DNA from: the human T2T-CHM13v2.0 reference genome, Homo sapiens
Length of the DNA stretch: 64,000 nucleotides
Reading direction: 5' to 3' (one strand)
Assembly: GCF_009914755.1 (NCBI RefSeq)
Contig: NC_060929.1
The notes below the pieces were generated by a model. The model was given only the letters and a program-made list of their open reading frames with translations, was not told where the DNA came from and made no database searches. The position numbers and the translations under genes were made by a program. Position 1 is the first letter of the stretch. Each line of letters opens with the position of its first letter. This document shows positions 30,920-44,762 of this stretch, piece by piece.

Positions 30920-31562
30920 TATTACAGGTAGTTAGATGGCATGAGCATGGCAGGAAAGGGCTCTGACCCCACCCACTAGGTACACTACTTTTTCAAAGCC
31001 AGGGAGAGACAATCTCCTGATGCTCCACAGCTGTTAACACTAAATTATTGATTAAATGCAGATTCCAGGGAGAAGAAACTTCCTGGGTATGTGCACTAGG
31101 AGAGAAGATGGTGACATATGACCTTCCAGGGACACTCCACTAGAAAAAAAAAATGAAGAAAGCCTCAGATAGGCATGCATACAAATTTCTAAACATACTG
31201 TGTGTGTTCAATTCCCAAAGGTAGGAAGGACACTGCGCATGAGGGAAGCCCACCTTAAGGGAAGAATCATGGTAAAGAGGCAAGCCTATAAAAGCCCTAG
31301 GATCAAGGTTAAATGCCCCTTTTCTTTCTTTGACCTTCAGGTGCCCTCTTGGATCTCTTCCAAGTAAATCTTCCTTTCTTTCCTATTCTAAAGCTTTTTA
31401 CATAACCTTCCACTTCTGCTCTGAAACTTGCTTTGGTCTCTCTGCTTTATGCCCCTCAGTCGAATTCTTTCTTCTGAGGAGACGAGAACTGAAATTGCTG
31501 CAGACCCATAGGAATTTGGAGTCAGTAACTCAGGGTAACTCAGATCTCCTACACCGGTAACA
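30920..31562 (+). mobile_element. ERV1 (MER4-group, LTR29/MER50-like) solo LTR
   Basis: tattacaggtagttag...cctataaaagc (TATA)...ccggtaaca; perfect 4-bp TSD agat. Confidence 0.85.
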
Positions 31563-32541
31563 AGATGACATTAATTCCTTCAAATATGCTTTGCTTAACT
31601 CTTCCACACAATTTTTTTCCCAAGTAAATTTATGTTATAACAGCTTCAAATACTTCTCTGGAATAACTTTCCACATTTGCCCATAGCTCTCTTTAGTATT
31701 TTGCTTACATGAGGCAGCACAAAAGTAACCACAAGGCAATCCAGTAATCTCACCTTAAATGATCTCTCACCTTTGAGGTGGTTTAAAACCACGTAGATTT
31801 ATGGACTCCATCCCCATTTCCCAGTTCATTGGGACAGAGAATAAATATCATAGTGAGCATTCCACATTGCACATCAAAGCTTAAGCCCACTGTGTCAGTG
31901 GCTTATTCCTTTTTTCTTTCATGTTTTTCCTATTCCTCTTGAGATTACTGTGATGAAACAACTAATAAATAAACCCTAACATTTTTACGGGCTCAATATC
32001 AAGTCTTCCTGAGTAGTTCTGTGGTATGAGGTTCATTGTTCTATGAAGTTCATTCAGTAAGAAACAGGGAGTTTCCACAGTTGTGTGAGAAATCTTGAGA
32101 AATAAGCAGGTCAAAGAAGATAGCTCAGTGGTTACATCAATAGAAACAGATTGAAGAGAGAAAAGAACAGCAAAGACAGCAGTTAAATTTGACGTCTGTA
32201 GCTCAATAACATGAAGAGAAGAAACCACTCTAAGAACTTTTTGTGAATTAAAGAATAAATTGATTCTAATTTAGCCCAACATGTTTAAAGAAGTAAATGG
32301 GAGAAAATATAGAATGACGACCTGGAAACAGTTAAAATAACTACAATGGTTTGTTGCTGAGATGGATGATATCCCTTAATTCCTTTCACAGTTTAAATCT
32401 GAGTCTCTGATGGAGGGTCTTACTTTATCTAATGCACAGTGGTAGCCAGAGAAGCTACTAGGGAGAGTAAAAGAAACAGAAAGACATGGGAGCATGAGCA
32501 CAAAATATGTGTGTATTAATGCAAAAGTTATTATAGGTCAC

Positions 32542-32832
32542 TTTTTTTTTTTTTTTTGAGACAGAGTCTCACGCTGTCACCCAGGCTGGAGTGCAGTGGC
32601 GCAATCTCTGCTGACTGCAAGCTCTGCCTCCTAGGTTCAACATTTCGCCTGCCTCAGCCTCCCAAGTAGCTGGGACTACAGGCACATGCCACCACGTCCG
32701 GCTAATTTTTTGTATTTTAGTAGAGATGGGGTTTCACCATGTTGCCCAGGCTGGTCTCGAACTCCTGTGCTCGTGATCTGCCTCGGCCTCCCAAAGTGCC
32801 AGGATTACAGGCATGAGCCACCTCGCCCGGCC
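32542..32832 (-). mobile_element. Alu (S/Y)
   Basis: Poly-T then antisense Alu ending gcccggcc; TSD ttataggtcactttt/ttaaaggtaactttt. Confidence 0.92.
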
Positions 32833-34490
32833 TTAAAGGTAACTTTTTATTGGAAAGTTTGCATTACGTTGACTACTTCTAATGAATAAATGAATTTTAA
32901 AAATACAACTCTAGTTAGGTGAGTGTTAGGGTATTGATATTATAAATATGATAAGCAATATAGAATGTTAGTGCAATTTTGGAAGTGGGTTCTATGACAA
33001 TTAGTTCACATATATTAAAATTTTATTTGAAGTATTAAGAGAATCACAAAGGTCTGCAGATAATGGAATAAAGAACTGGAGTTTGGGGGTGGTCAGGAAT
33101 ATTTAGGATTGGGGAAAAAGGAAGAATTTATTGGGAGTGGCATCTGAACTGTGTTTTGACTTTAGATATGTGTAATGGAAAATCGAAACCAACCATGGGG
33201 CATAAGGAGGAACATTACATAGGTCAGATTTAAAGAATGTCTCTGAGGGAAAATAGTGGAAAGCTCTAAAGGAAGGTAGGTTAGATTCAGAATTGTTTAC
33301 TTATATGACACAGTAATGAATTTTAACTTCATTCCCTACACTAGGATATAAAACTACAAATAGATTAGCCTGCACACCACCTACCCTCCCATTTATGAAT
33401 GGTTATACTTTAATATAAAGTCTTTATTTCTAGCAGAGATATAATGAAAGACATTCAAACTTGAAATCTGTGTATTAGAAAATGTGTCTGTTATGTTCTT
33501 CAATATTTGTATCAGATAACGAACTACATTACATTTTTTTTGAATTTAGTGAAATGAAAAATGTCTCTGGAAGATCATTTATAAATTATTTTTCTTAAAA
33601 TAAAGACAAGCATTTGGCTTTTCAGCCATGGCTGAATTCCTCTTCCATCTGATTCTTTAAAAAAAAGGTTTTTAATAAAAAAGGATTTTTTTCCATTTTA
33701 TTGATTTCAGAGAGTTGTTCCCCAAAGCAATTATTGTGTATGTAAATTTTTTCAGATAGTTGTTTTCTCTCACCCTATACACTGTGCTTTTAATTTTTGC
33801 ATTTTTCCTCCTAATGCATGTATATAATATATACCAAATTCATAGACTTAGGAATGAAGAAGTATGATATAACACATAAAATTCCACAGAAATAATTCTG
33901 GCTTTGTGGTTTTTATAATTCTAAATTTTGTCTTGAGGTAAAAGATGTAGAAGAATCATGGTTATTTTAGTTGATTTCTGCTCATGTCTGGATACAAATA
34001 GAAAAAAAAATGTACTAGGGAAGAGGTTAGAACCATTACTATTGGTGGATCAATTAGATGTACCTTACAATACAACCTAGATAGGTGGGGATCTGAGAGC
34101 AGACTGTGAGTTGCTCAAAATTAGAATTGAAAAAGCAAATTCACTCATACCACCATGTAAAAAATTGGTGACAATTTATTTATTTTTTATATTGAGCTGA
34201 CATGCAATAATTGTACATAATTGTGGGTTACAGAGTGATATTTTGAAACAAATATACAATATGTAATGATCAAATCAGGGTAATTAGCATATCTGTCAAC
34301 CCAAGTACTTATCATTTCTTCATGTTGTTAACATTCAAATTCCTCTCTTCTAGCTTTTGGAAAATATACACTAAATGATTGTTAACAATGTTTACCTTAC
34401 ACTGCTACAAAACACTGGAAGTTTTTTCTTCCATCTAGCTGTAACTTTGTGTTCATTAACCAAATTCGTTTTATAATCCCCTCCCACTAA

Positions 34491-35067
<577 letters not shown>

Positions 35068-38000
35068 TTAAAAAAATCTATTTTTTTCTCTCTCTTTTTG
35101 GCTGCTAAGTTGTTTGACTTACATGTATATTCTGGATATTAGTCCCTTGTCAATGAATAGATTGCTTGTATTTTCTCCCATTTTACAGGTTGTCTCTTCA
35201 CTCTGTTGTTTTCTTTGCTGTTCAGAGCTTTTTAGTTTGATGTGGTCTCATTTATCTATTTTAAGTTTTGTTGCCTGAGCTTTTGAAGTCTTACCCACAA
35301 AATCTTTGCTTAGACCAATTTTCTGAAGCATTTCCTCTTTGTTTTCTGATAGCAGATAATTTCAGGTCTTATGCTTAACTCTTTAATCCATTTTGAGTTG
35401 ATTTTTGTGTCAAGATGGAGATCTATAATAGTTTCACTCTTCAGCATAGGAATATTTAGTTTCTGTATCACCATTTATTGAAAACAATGTTCCTTCCCCA
35501 AATCATGTTCTTGGTACCTTTGTCAAAAATCAGTTGGTTAAAAAGCATAGATTTATTTCTGGGTGCTCCTTACGTTTTATTGGCCCGTGTGTTTGTTTTT
35601 CTACAAAAACCATGCTTCTTTGGTAAAAATAAATTTGTAGCATATTTTGAAGTCAAGTAGTATGATGCCTCCATCTTTCTTCTTTTTGCTCAGTATTGCT
35701 TTGACTATTCAGAATCTTTTATATTCTCATAGGAATTTAGTATTGTTTATTTCTGTGGAAAAAAATAGATATTTCATAGGTCTTTCATGTAATCTGTAGC
35801 TGCTTTGGATAGTGTGTTCAATTTATCAATATTAATTCTTCCAGTGCATGAGTATGGGATGTTTTTCCATTTTTTGTGTGTATTCGCTTCAGTTCCTTTT
35901 CATCAGTGTTTTGTAGTTTCTGTTGTAGAGATCTTTCATCTCCTTGGTTAAATTTATTTCCAGTATTTTATTTTGTTTTGTAGATATGTAAATGTGATTG
36001 CTTTCTTGATGATTTTCATTATCGGTTTACAAAAATGCAAATAAATTTTGTGTGTGATTCTGTTTCAGGCAAATTTACTGAATTTGTTTATCAGTTCTAA
36101 GAGTTTTTTGGTGGTCTTTAGGTTCTTCTATGTAAAAGATTATGATGTATGAAGAGGGAAAATTTGAATTCTTCTTTTCTAATTTGGATGCTTTTTTATT
36201 TCTTACTTTTGCCTAGTTGCTCTGGCTGGCACTTCCAGTACTATTTTGAATAACAGTGGTAAAATTGAACATCTTTGTTTTGTTGCAGCTCTTGAAGAAA
36301 AGGCTTTCAGTTTTTCCCCATTCAGTATGATGTTAGCTTAAGTTGGTTATATGTAGCCTTTATTATGTTGAGGTATATTCCTTCTATACCAAATATATTG
36401 AGAGTTTTTATCATGAAGTGGTATTGAATTTAATCAAATGATTTTTTGCATCTATTGAGATGATCATATGCTTTGTGTCCTTTATTGTATTGTGATGAAT
36501 TACATCTGATATTTATATGTTAAACCATTCTTCCATTCTTGAAATAAATCCTACTTGATCATGGTGTATTATCTTTTTGATGTGTTATTGGACTTAGTTT
36601 GTTAATATTTTGTTGAGGATTTTGCAGTTATGTTCTTCAGGGATATTAGCCTTCAGTTTTTGTTGTTGTTCTGTCTTTGTCTGATCTTAGCAATGGCAGC
36701 CTCATAAAATGAGATATGGATAATTTTTTTAAAATAGTTTCAGAAGAATTGGTGCAAGTTCTACTTTAAAAGTTGGGTTTAATTTAGCAGTAAACCCCTG
36801 TGGTCCTGGCATTTTCCTTTTGGGGAAACTTTTTATTATGAATTCAATCTAGTTACTGGTTATTGTTCTGTTCATGTTTTCTATTTCTTTCTGACTTAAT
36901 CGTGATAGGTTTCACGTGTACAGAAAATAATTTTCCCTTGGGTTTTTAATTTTTTGGCATATAGTTGTTCTCACTAGTGTCTAATGATCCTTTGAATTTC
37001 TGAAGTGTCAATTGTAATGTCCCTTTTTTCACTTCTGATTTTATTTATTTGGGTCTTCTCTCCTTTTTTCTTACTTAGGCAAAATAGCGGTTGGTCTATT
37101 TTTTTTATATATTTCAAAAACCAACTTTTTGTTACATTGATTTGTTCACATTATATGTTAGTCTACATTTTGTTTAGTTCTGCTCTAATCTTTATTGTTT
37201 CTTTCCTTGTACTAATTTTGAGTTTGGTTTATTCTTCCTTTTCTAGCTTCTTAAGGTGCATTGTTCATTTATTTGAATTATTTCTGCTTTTTTGATGTAC
37301 ATTATTATTGCTATAAATTTCCCCCTTAGCACTGCTTTTGCTGTATCCCATAAGTTTTGAAATGTTTTGTTTCTACTTTCATTGATTTCAATCAATTTTT
37401 TTATTCTTTTTTGATTTCATCATTGAAACACTGAACATTTAGGGACATATTATTGAAACTTTCATGTGTTTATACAGTTTCCAGAGTTGTTCTTGTTATA
37501 TTATTAATTTCTAGTTTTTTAAAATTGTGGTTTGAGAATATACATTTTATTAATTTAAGTTTTTAATGTAACTGAGATTTCTTTTGTGGTCTAACATATG
37601 GTCTATGTGTGTTTATGAGAAGAATGTGTGTTCTGCAGCTATTGGATGAAATGTTCTGTACTTGTTAGGTTAATTTGGCCTGTAGTGCAGTTGAAATCCA
37701 ATGTTTCTTCATTGATTTTCTGTAAACATGATCTGTCCAATGCTGAAAACGGGGTGTTGCAGTTCCCTACTATTTTGTAGTTTGGTCTATCTCTCTCGTT
37801 TGCTCTAAAAATATTTACTTCATATATCTGGATGCTCCAGTCTTGGGTGCATAAATTACAGTTGTTATATCTTCTTCCTGAGTCATGCCCTTTATCATTG
37901 CATAATAACCTTCTTTGTCTCTTTATTGTGGTTTTTGCCTTAAAGTCTATTTTGTCCAATATAAGTAGAGCTCCTACTTTATGCTGCTGTTTTCTGTTTG

Positions 38001-38744
38001 TGTGGAGTATCTTTTTCCACTCTTTACTGTTGCTCTGTCTGTCCTGACATAGAGAGAAATAAGTTTCCTGTAAGCAGCTTATAGTTGGTTAGGTGTTTTT
38101 CATCCACTGAGCTGATCTATATATTTTAATTGGGAATGTCAATCATTTAAATTTTTAATTGTTATTTGTAGGTGAAGACTTACTTTCATCATTGTGTTAG
38201 TTGGTTTCTGATTTTCTTTTATATCCTTTATTTTTTCTTCCTCTCTTATTGTTTAGTGTTGTAATTTGGTGGTATTTGTAGTGATAACATATGATTCCTT
38301 CCTGTTTTTTATTTGTGTATCTGCTCTAAGTTTTATACTGTCATGTTTACATAGTGATAGATATTGTCCTTTTGCTTTGAGATGTAGGATTCCCATAAGC
38401 ACTGTTTTGTAGGTCATGATAATGGTGATGAATTATTTGTTCTTGTTAGTCTGAGAAAAACTTTATTTCTTCTTTATTTCTGAAGTTAATCTTTGCTGTG
38501 TATAGTATTTTTAGTTGACAGAGGGGTTTTTTTTCTTTTTTCCACAAATACATTATGCCATTCTTGCCTGGCCTGCAAGGATTTTGCTGATAAAGGCAGT
38601 TAGTCCAATGGAGATTCCCTTATATGTGATTTGATACTTTGTTCTTTGCTGTCTTTAGAATTCTTTTTGACTTTGAAAGATTGATTATAATGTGCCTCAC
38701 AGAGGAACTTTTTGAGTTAAATCCATTTGTAAGTCTTTCATCCG

Positions 38745-39652
38745 TATTAGTCAAAAGCTGCATTAGCCCCTAACAAGAGAGTTAGCTTATCCTTTGAAGT
38801 TTGAAGTTAGGTATTCACTTCTCAAGCTATGAAAGTTCTAGATGGCATCTTCTTCCAATAAAAGGCTGTTTTGTCTACATTGAAAATCTGTTGCTAGTGT
38901 AACTACTTTCATCACTTATCTTAGCCAGATAGACTTTCAGGATAACTTGTTGTAGCTTCTACATCAGCATCTGCTACTTTACCTTGAACTTTTATATTAT
39001 GAAATGTTTTTTTCCTTGAATTTTATTTACCAATCTTTGCTAGCTTCAACTTTGTGTTTGCAGATTCATCACCTCCCTCAGCATTCGGAGAATCCAAGAG
39101 AATCTGTTTTAGCCTTCTACATGCCTTCCTCACTGAGCTTAATTATTTCTACCTTTTGATTTAAAAATGAGAGATGTTTTAATTTAAAAATGAGAGATGT
39201 TCTTTGTTTCACTTGAACACTTAGAGGCCATCGCAGGGTTATTATTCGGCATAATTTTAATTTTTTTGTGTCTCAGCGAATAGGAAGTTTTGAAGAGAGG
39301 AAGATATAGGGGAATTGCTAGTCAGTGGAGCAGTCAGAATACACACACTCTTTTTTCAATTAAGTTCACCACCTTATATGAGTATGATTCATACTGCCCC
39401 CAAACAATAACAATAGTAACATCAAAGACACTAATCATAGATTCCCACAAAATATATAATAATAATACAGAAGTTTGAAATAATGTGAGAATTACTAAAC
39501 TGTGGCACTGGGAAACCAAGTGAGCACATACAGTTGGAAAAGTGGCAATGATAAACTCACTCAATGTGGGGTTGCCATAAACATTCACTTTGGAAAAAAT
39601 TAAATAACTCCATGGTGCAATAAATGAAGCACAATAAAACAAGGTATGGCTG
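38745..39652 (-). mobile_element. Tigger1 5' portion (transposase remnant, one TIR)
   Basis: gctgcattagcccctaacaagagag...ctagatggcatcttcttccaata...caataaaacaaggtatggctg then TA; 23-bp tandem duplication at 39159-39200. Confidence 0.88.
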
Positions 39653-40414
39653 TACCAGCTAACTGTGGTCTATAGTTTAGTAAGTTGGGTGATAAAATCT
39701 TTGAGAAGCCATGCTTTTCATTGGAACTACAACCTACTCCAGACAGAGAAAGAAGATAATAAACTTCTACAAAATACAGATACAGCCAACCACTTATGCT
39801 GAAGAGGATGACATAGAAAAAAAGGCAGATGGGGAATTAAAAGTTTTTGTTTATTTTAATCTTTCCTTGTTCATCAGTAAATCAAATGTAGAAGATACTG
39901 GTAGAATGTGCATATGTCAAGAAATGAAATAAAAACAGTTGAGATAGTTGCAGCATCCCCACTGTTCTTGTAGTTAGCTCATTGGATCTGATATTGCATG
40001 ATACAAATGAATGATAAAATCCTTGGTAATAATTCTAATTTAAATTTTCTTTACTTACAATTATATTAAATAGCTAAAAAAATTACCATTATAAGGTTAA
40101 GAAAGAGAGACCAGGATATACATTTAAAGGTTCTATATTTTAGTATATTTAATGTACTTTTTCTGCTTTTCTGGCTTTTTAAAGAGATCTCAATTTTTAG
40201 TTAGCTTTGGTCTCTCCAAATTGTATAATGAACTTAGTGTCACATGAATATGTATTTCAAAAGATGAGAAAAATATTTGTCTTTTTGATCTTTAATTTTA
40301 TGTGCCAACTGGATTGAGTCAAGTAACTTCAGAGTAAACATTATTTCCGGATGTGTCCATAAGGGAGTTTCCCAGTGAGATTAGCATTTGAATCAGTGGA
40401 CTAAATAAAGGTAG

Positions 40415-40802
<388 letters not shown>

Positions 40803-40982
40803 TAATTGCTTGAACTGAGTTATCTCACCTAAGATTTACATCATTTGTTCCTTTGTTTCTCAGGCCTTTGAGCTTCTACTGAATTATACCACCAGCTTTC
40901 CTAGGTCTTGAAGCTTACAGACAGCAGATCTTGGGACTTCTCAGGCACCATAATCAATCATGTGAGTCAATTCTTCATAATA

Positions 40983-41421
40983 CAGTTGACCTTTGAGCCA
41001 TTCAGGAGTTAGGAGCAGTGACCCCCAGCACAGTAAAAAATCTGCATAATAATTTTGACTCCCCCAAAACTTAACTACTAATATCCTACTGATTACCAGG
41101 AGCCTTACTGATAACATAAACAACCAGCTCATATTTTGCATGTTATATATCTATTATATACCATATTCTTACAATGAAGTGAGCTAGAGAAAAGGAAATG
41201 TTATTAAAAAGTATGAAAAAGAGAAAACATATTTACTATTTATTAAGTGGAAGTGGATCATCACAAAGGCCTTCATCCTCATATTTTTCACATTGAGTAG
41301 GCCGAGGACGAGGATAAAGAGGAAGGATTTCTCTTGCTGTACTAGGGGTGGCAGAGGTAGAAAAAAAATTGCATATAAGTGGACCCATGCTGTTAAACTC
41401 GTGTTATTCAAGGGCCAACTG
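40983..41421 (-). mobile_element. Tigger2a (MER28)
   Basis: TIRs cagttgacctttga / tcaagggccaactg with TA TSD. Confidence 0.92.
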
Positions 41422-41479
41422 TACATCAATAATGTATATGTATAGGTATTATATATAATGTTATATATGATAAACTATT

Positions 41480-41498
41480 TGTGTGTGTGTGTGTGTGT
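41480..41498. repeat. (TG)n microsatellite
   Basis: tgtgtgtgtgtgtgtgtgt. Confidence 0.85.
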
Positions 41499-44298
41499 TC
41501 TGTTTTTCTAATGGACAGTGACAATACAGATTTTTGGTTTGGTTTCTCTGGAAAACCCTGACTAATATAGTCCAAATATGAAATATATATTTCTAATTAA
41601 CAAAAACTTTATTTCAGCAAACAGAGAAACCATATTTCAGCAAAACCAAGGGAATTGATTTTCCTATGAAATTATAATATAATGGCTTAGGATAGAACTT
41701 TTGTAAGAATTACCTAGAAAACACAGAGGTAATAAAATTGCAGTGGTATATTTACCTGTACTTTTAAAAATTGCCATTCTTTCAAGCAGCAATCCCCACT
41801 TTACATTATATTTCATTAATCTCTTTCTAAAAAGAACTTGAAATACATCAATTGCTTTAGCAGAATGTTATACATGGAATCTAGAGGATTATTTGAATAT
41901 TATTCATATAAATTTGTTCATATATTTATGTTTTTGTCAACAATTGGTAATAAAATGAATAAGCAATCTTATATTAGTATCCCAGTTGTAACAATCAAAT
42001 CAAAGTAATAGATGTGGTTCATATCACTTCAATTAAGATAGTAACATAGAGTATTGTTCGCATACTAAGACTTCATTGCCAAGGTAAGGAAATAAGATAC
42101 CTTGATATTGTTTTTGAATTTTACCCAACACATATACAATTTTCTCATGTCCTAGATAAAGAAAAATCAAAGTAAGAGACCTATTCGAGATTTACAGAGG
42201 AAGACAATCTTTTCTTCTCACCTTGGTACCAAATAGACAGTAAAAGTCTGCATAAAGATGTTTCCATTAAGTCTATTGAAATCAATTTTGTTTTAAAGTT
42301 TAATGTGTTTTCTTATGTGATAAGGTTGTTGACCAGTGATAAGATTTTCTGGCAGAGTAAAGTTTTAAGAAAAACAGTTATTGACTTTCAAAGACTTTTC
42401 CTGGCTGTCTTCTATTGTATGAGTATCTTCATATAGAATCTCAAAGATAAGAAGAAAAGAAGCAATTATTGAAGATATAGTAGATTTTTTTAACTAGCTA
42501 ACAAGCTGTGCAAGTAGTGGAATATCTTGAAACTAACAATGAGAAGAGGAAGTCATTATCTCAGATAGCTAATCAAAGTGACCACACTTCTAAACTGACC
42601 ACGCTTAATTAGTTATGGAAAGCATATTTTTCAACCCGCTATGTTAACTTTTACAGAAAAAATATCATTCAGTTAGGACCCTGTGGCACATAAGAATATT
42701 TTTTACAACAGTTAAACAAAGCATCTAGTAAAAGTAAAATTGCATAAATTTTGTAGGTTTTATTACTGAGGGATAGCAGGATAATGCAGTTATAATGTGA
42801 ATTTGTTACAAGAGGGCAAATGTAAAATTGTTGAATATATACAGAAATAAACGATTTAATTATCATCTTCACTTTTTGTTTTAATTTGTATTTCATATGT
42901 CTTTTCTAACAGAGATAAATGATCCAATGATTCGGAACTTGAAAAGTGGTAGCTTTATGAATTCTCCTTAAGAAGAAACCTGTGCCCTGATCTTGCCTAC
43001 TCACCCAAAGGCACTGTGAGGTAAAGAACAGGAGTGTGGATGGAAAATAAATGGAAAGTGAAAAGTATGGAAATTATAAAACCTCAAACACATTTAGGAA
43101 AAATACTAAGTAAAGGGATATGGGTATTTGGTCTAGGGACACAGACATGTAATTTATTTCAATATTAAAAAATTCACTTTCCCATGCATGATGTATAGTG
43201 ACCACCATATGAGTTTTTTAAAATGTGCAGGATTTTTTTTTCTTGGCTTGATATACAGAAGAAAAGAAAACAAAAATTATGATAACCTCCTGATGCTAAT
43301 TGACTGTTAATGATAAGCTTGTATATCAGGAAATTCATTCCACTCTTTTTGTGCTTAGAAACACAGGAAAACCACATTCCCAACACTTCTTTGAAGTCAG
43401 TTTGCAGGCCATGCAACCAAGTTCTGGACAATGGAATATAAAGAAAAGTGAAGCAAGTCACTTCCAGTTGGGCCTTTAGAAAATTCTGTGTGCTACCTCC
43501 GTTCCCTTTCCCCCTTCAAAGCTTCCTTGGAAGCACTAAGTTAGATGGTAAAGTTACAAGAAGGAAGAAGTCACAGAATCATCATTTAATGGAGAAAGCT
43601 GTGGAAAGCTGTGAAGTGATCAACAAATAAAACATTAATGAGCAAAGACACAGGGATTTAGCAGTTTATTGCCACAGGATAGTTTAGAATATTCTGATCA
43701 TGAAATAACTTTATATAGGAGTGAGGTGCTACATCATTAAAAATCTAACTTACATTGCAAAACATTATTTTCATGTCTCATATAGGAAGGCAGCAATTAT
43801 AAAAGGGACTGCAAGTCAAGACATATAAGAGACTGACAAATATAAAGACAACCTACTGTAAATTGGGAGGCAGATGACATACTTACAAAACAGAGAATTA
43901 AGAAAAATGATAGTATGTATTTGTAGCCATTGGTGAATTTTTAAATATATGAGAAGAAATATTAGAGAGACTCAAGAAATTCAAGGCCTTCCAAGAGTAA
44001 GAGAGAATATGTCTGACATAAGATTTTATACAAAATAGGCCAGTAAAAGAATCTTGGTCTAGTAAAGTGAACCCCAGTGAAAGATCAAGTTAATGATGGC
44101 CCTCCTATCTTTTTTTTTTTTTTTTTTCAGATAGCATCAAAGGAACAGCTAGTAAGAGACACAGAGCCAGAAATCAGGGAAGTAAAATACACTTGACATC
44201 TACGTTCGGAAAGAAATTTTAGGAGGCAGAAGCAAATGGATCAGAAGCTGCTTATATTTTTGCAAGATTACCAAAGAAACCATTGGTGGAGAAAGTTC

Positions 44299-44716
44299 TG
44301 TGACCAACTTGTCTGAGTCTAGTAAGATTGAACGCTCACACACAAGTTTCATGAAGTGGGTTTGATACTTACAGATAAGCAGCAAGGACCAACAGAAGCT
44401 GATGATCTATGGTGAACTTTTTCCCAAGGCTCCGGAAAGCTGCCTAAAGTAGATGGAGTCTTCTCTGTGTGTGCCCCACTGGTCCTGCAGTTGAAGGATC
44501 CGGTAAAGCAGCCTGCCCTTGGTTTTATACTCCAGAGGAACGTGATTCGCTGGACTAAAGCATTGAAGTGCATCCTGTTTCCGGGGGGCACTGGAACAGA
44601 GCCTGGTCTGTTCTAGCCAGTCCCTTTCTATCTCAGGATAACATTCTACAGTTATTCTTGAGAACTATAATCAAATAAGCAGGGAGAACTGGGTAAGTCC
44701 AAGGCTTATCTATACA
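44299..44716 (-). mobile_element. LTR47-like ERVL solo LTR inside MLT1-int
   Basis: tgtgaccaacttgtctgagtct...ggaaagctgcc...ggttttatac...ctggaacagagcc...gggagaactggg...tccaaggc; GC-richer block; TSD poor. Confidence 0.65.
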
Positions 44717-44737
44717 AGCCTTTAAATATTCAAGACC

Positions 44738-44762
44738 AAAAAAAAAAAAAAAAAAAAAAAAA
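44738..44762. repeat. Poly-A tract (a poly-T tract also lies at about 44109-44127)
   Basis: Uninterrupted homopolymer. Confidence 0.9.

Noticed and set aside
37639-37959. ORF with endonuclease-like peptides
   Set aside because: Frameshifted remnant of L1 ORF2; inactive
44738-44762. Poly-A as the tail of a processed pseudogene
   Set aside because: Upstream sequence is an LTR, with no AATAAA or convincing TSD; homopolymer expansion is more likely
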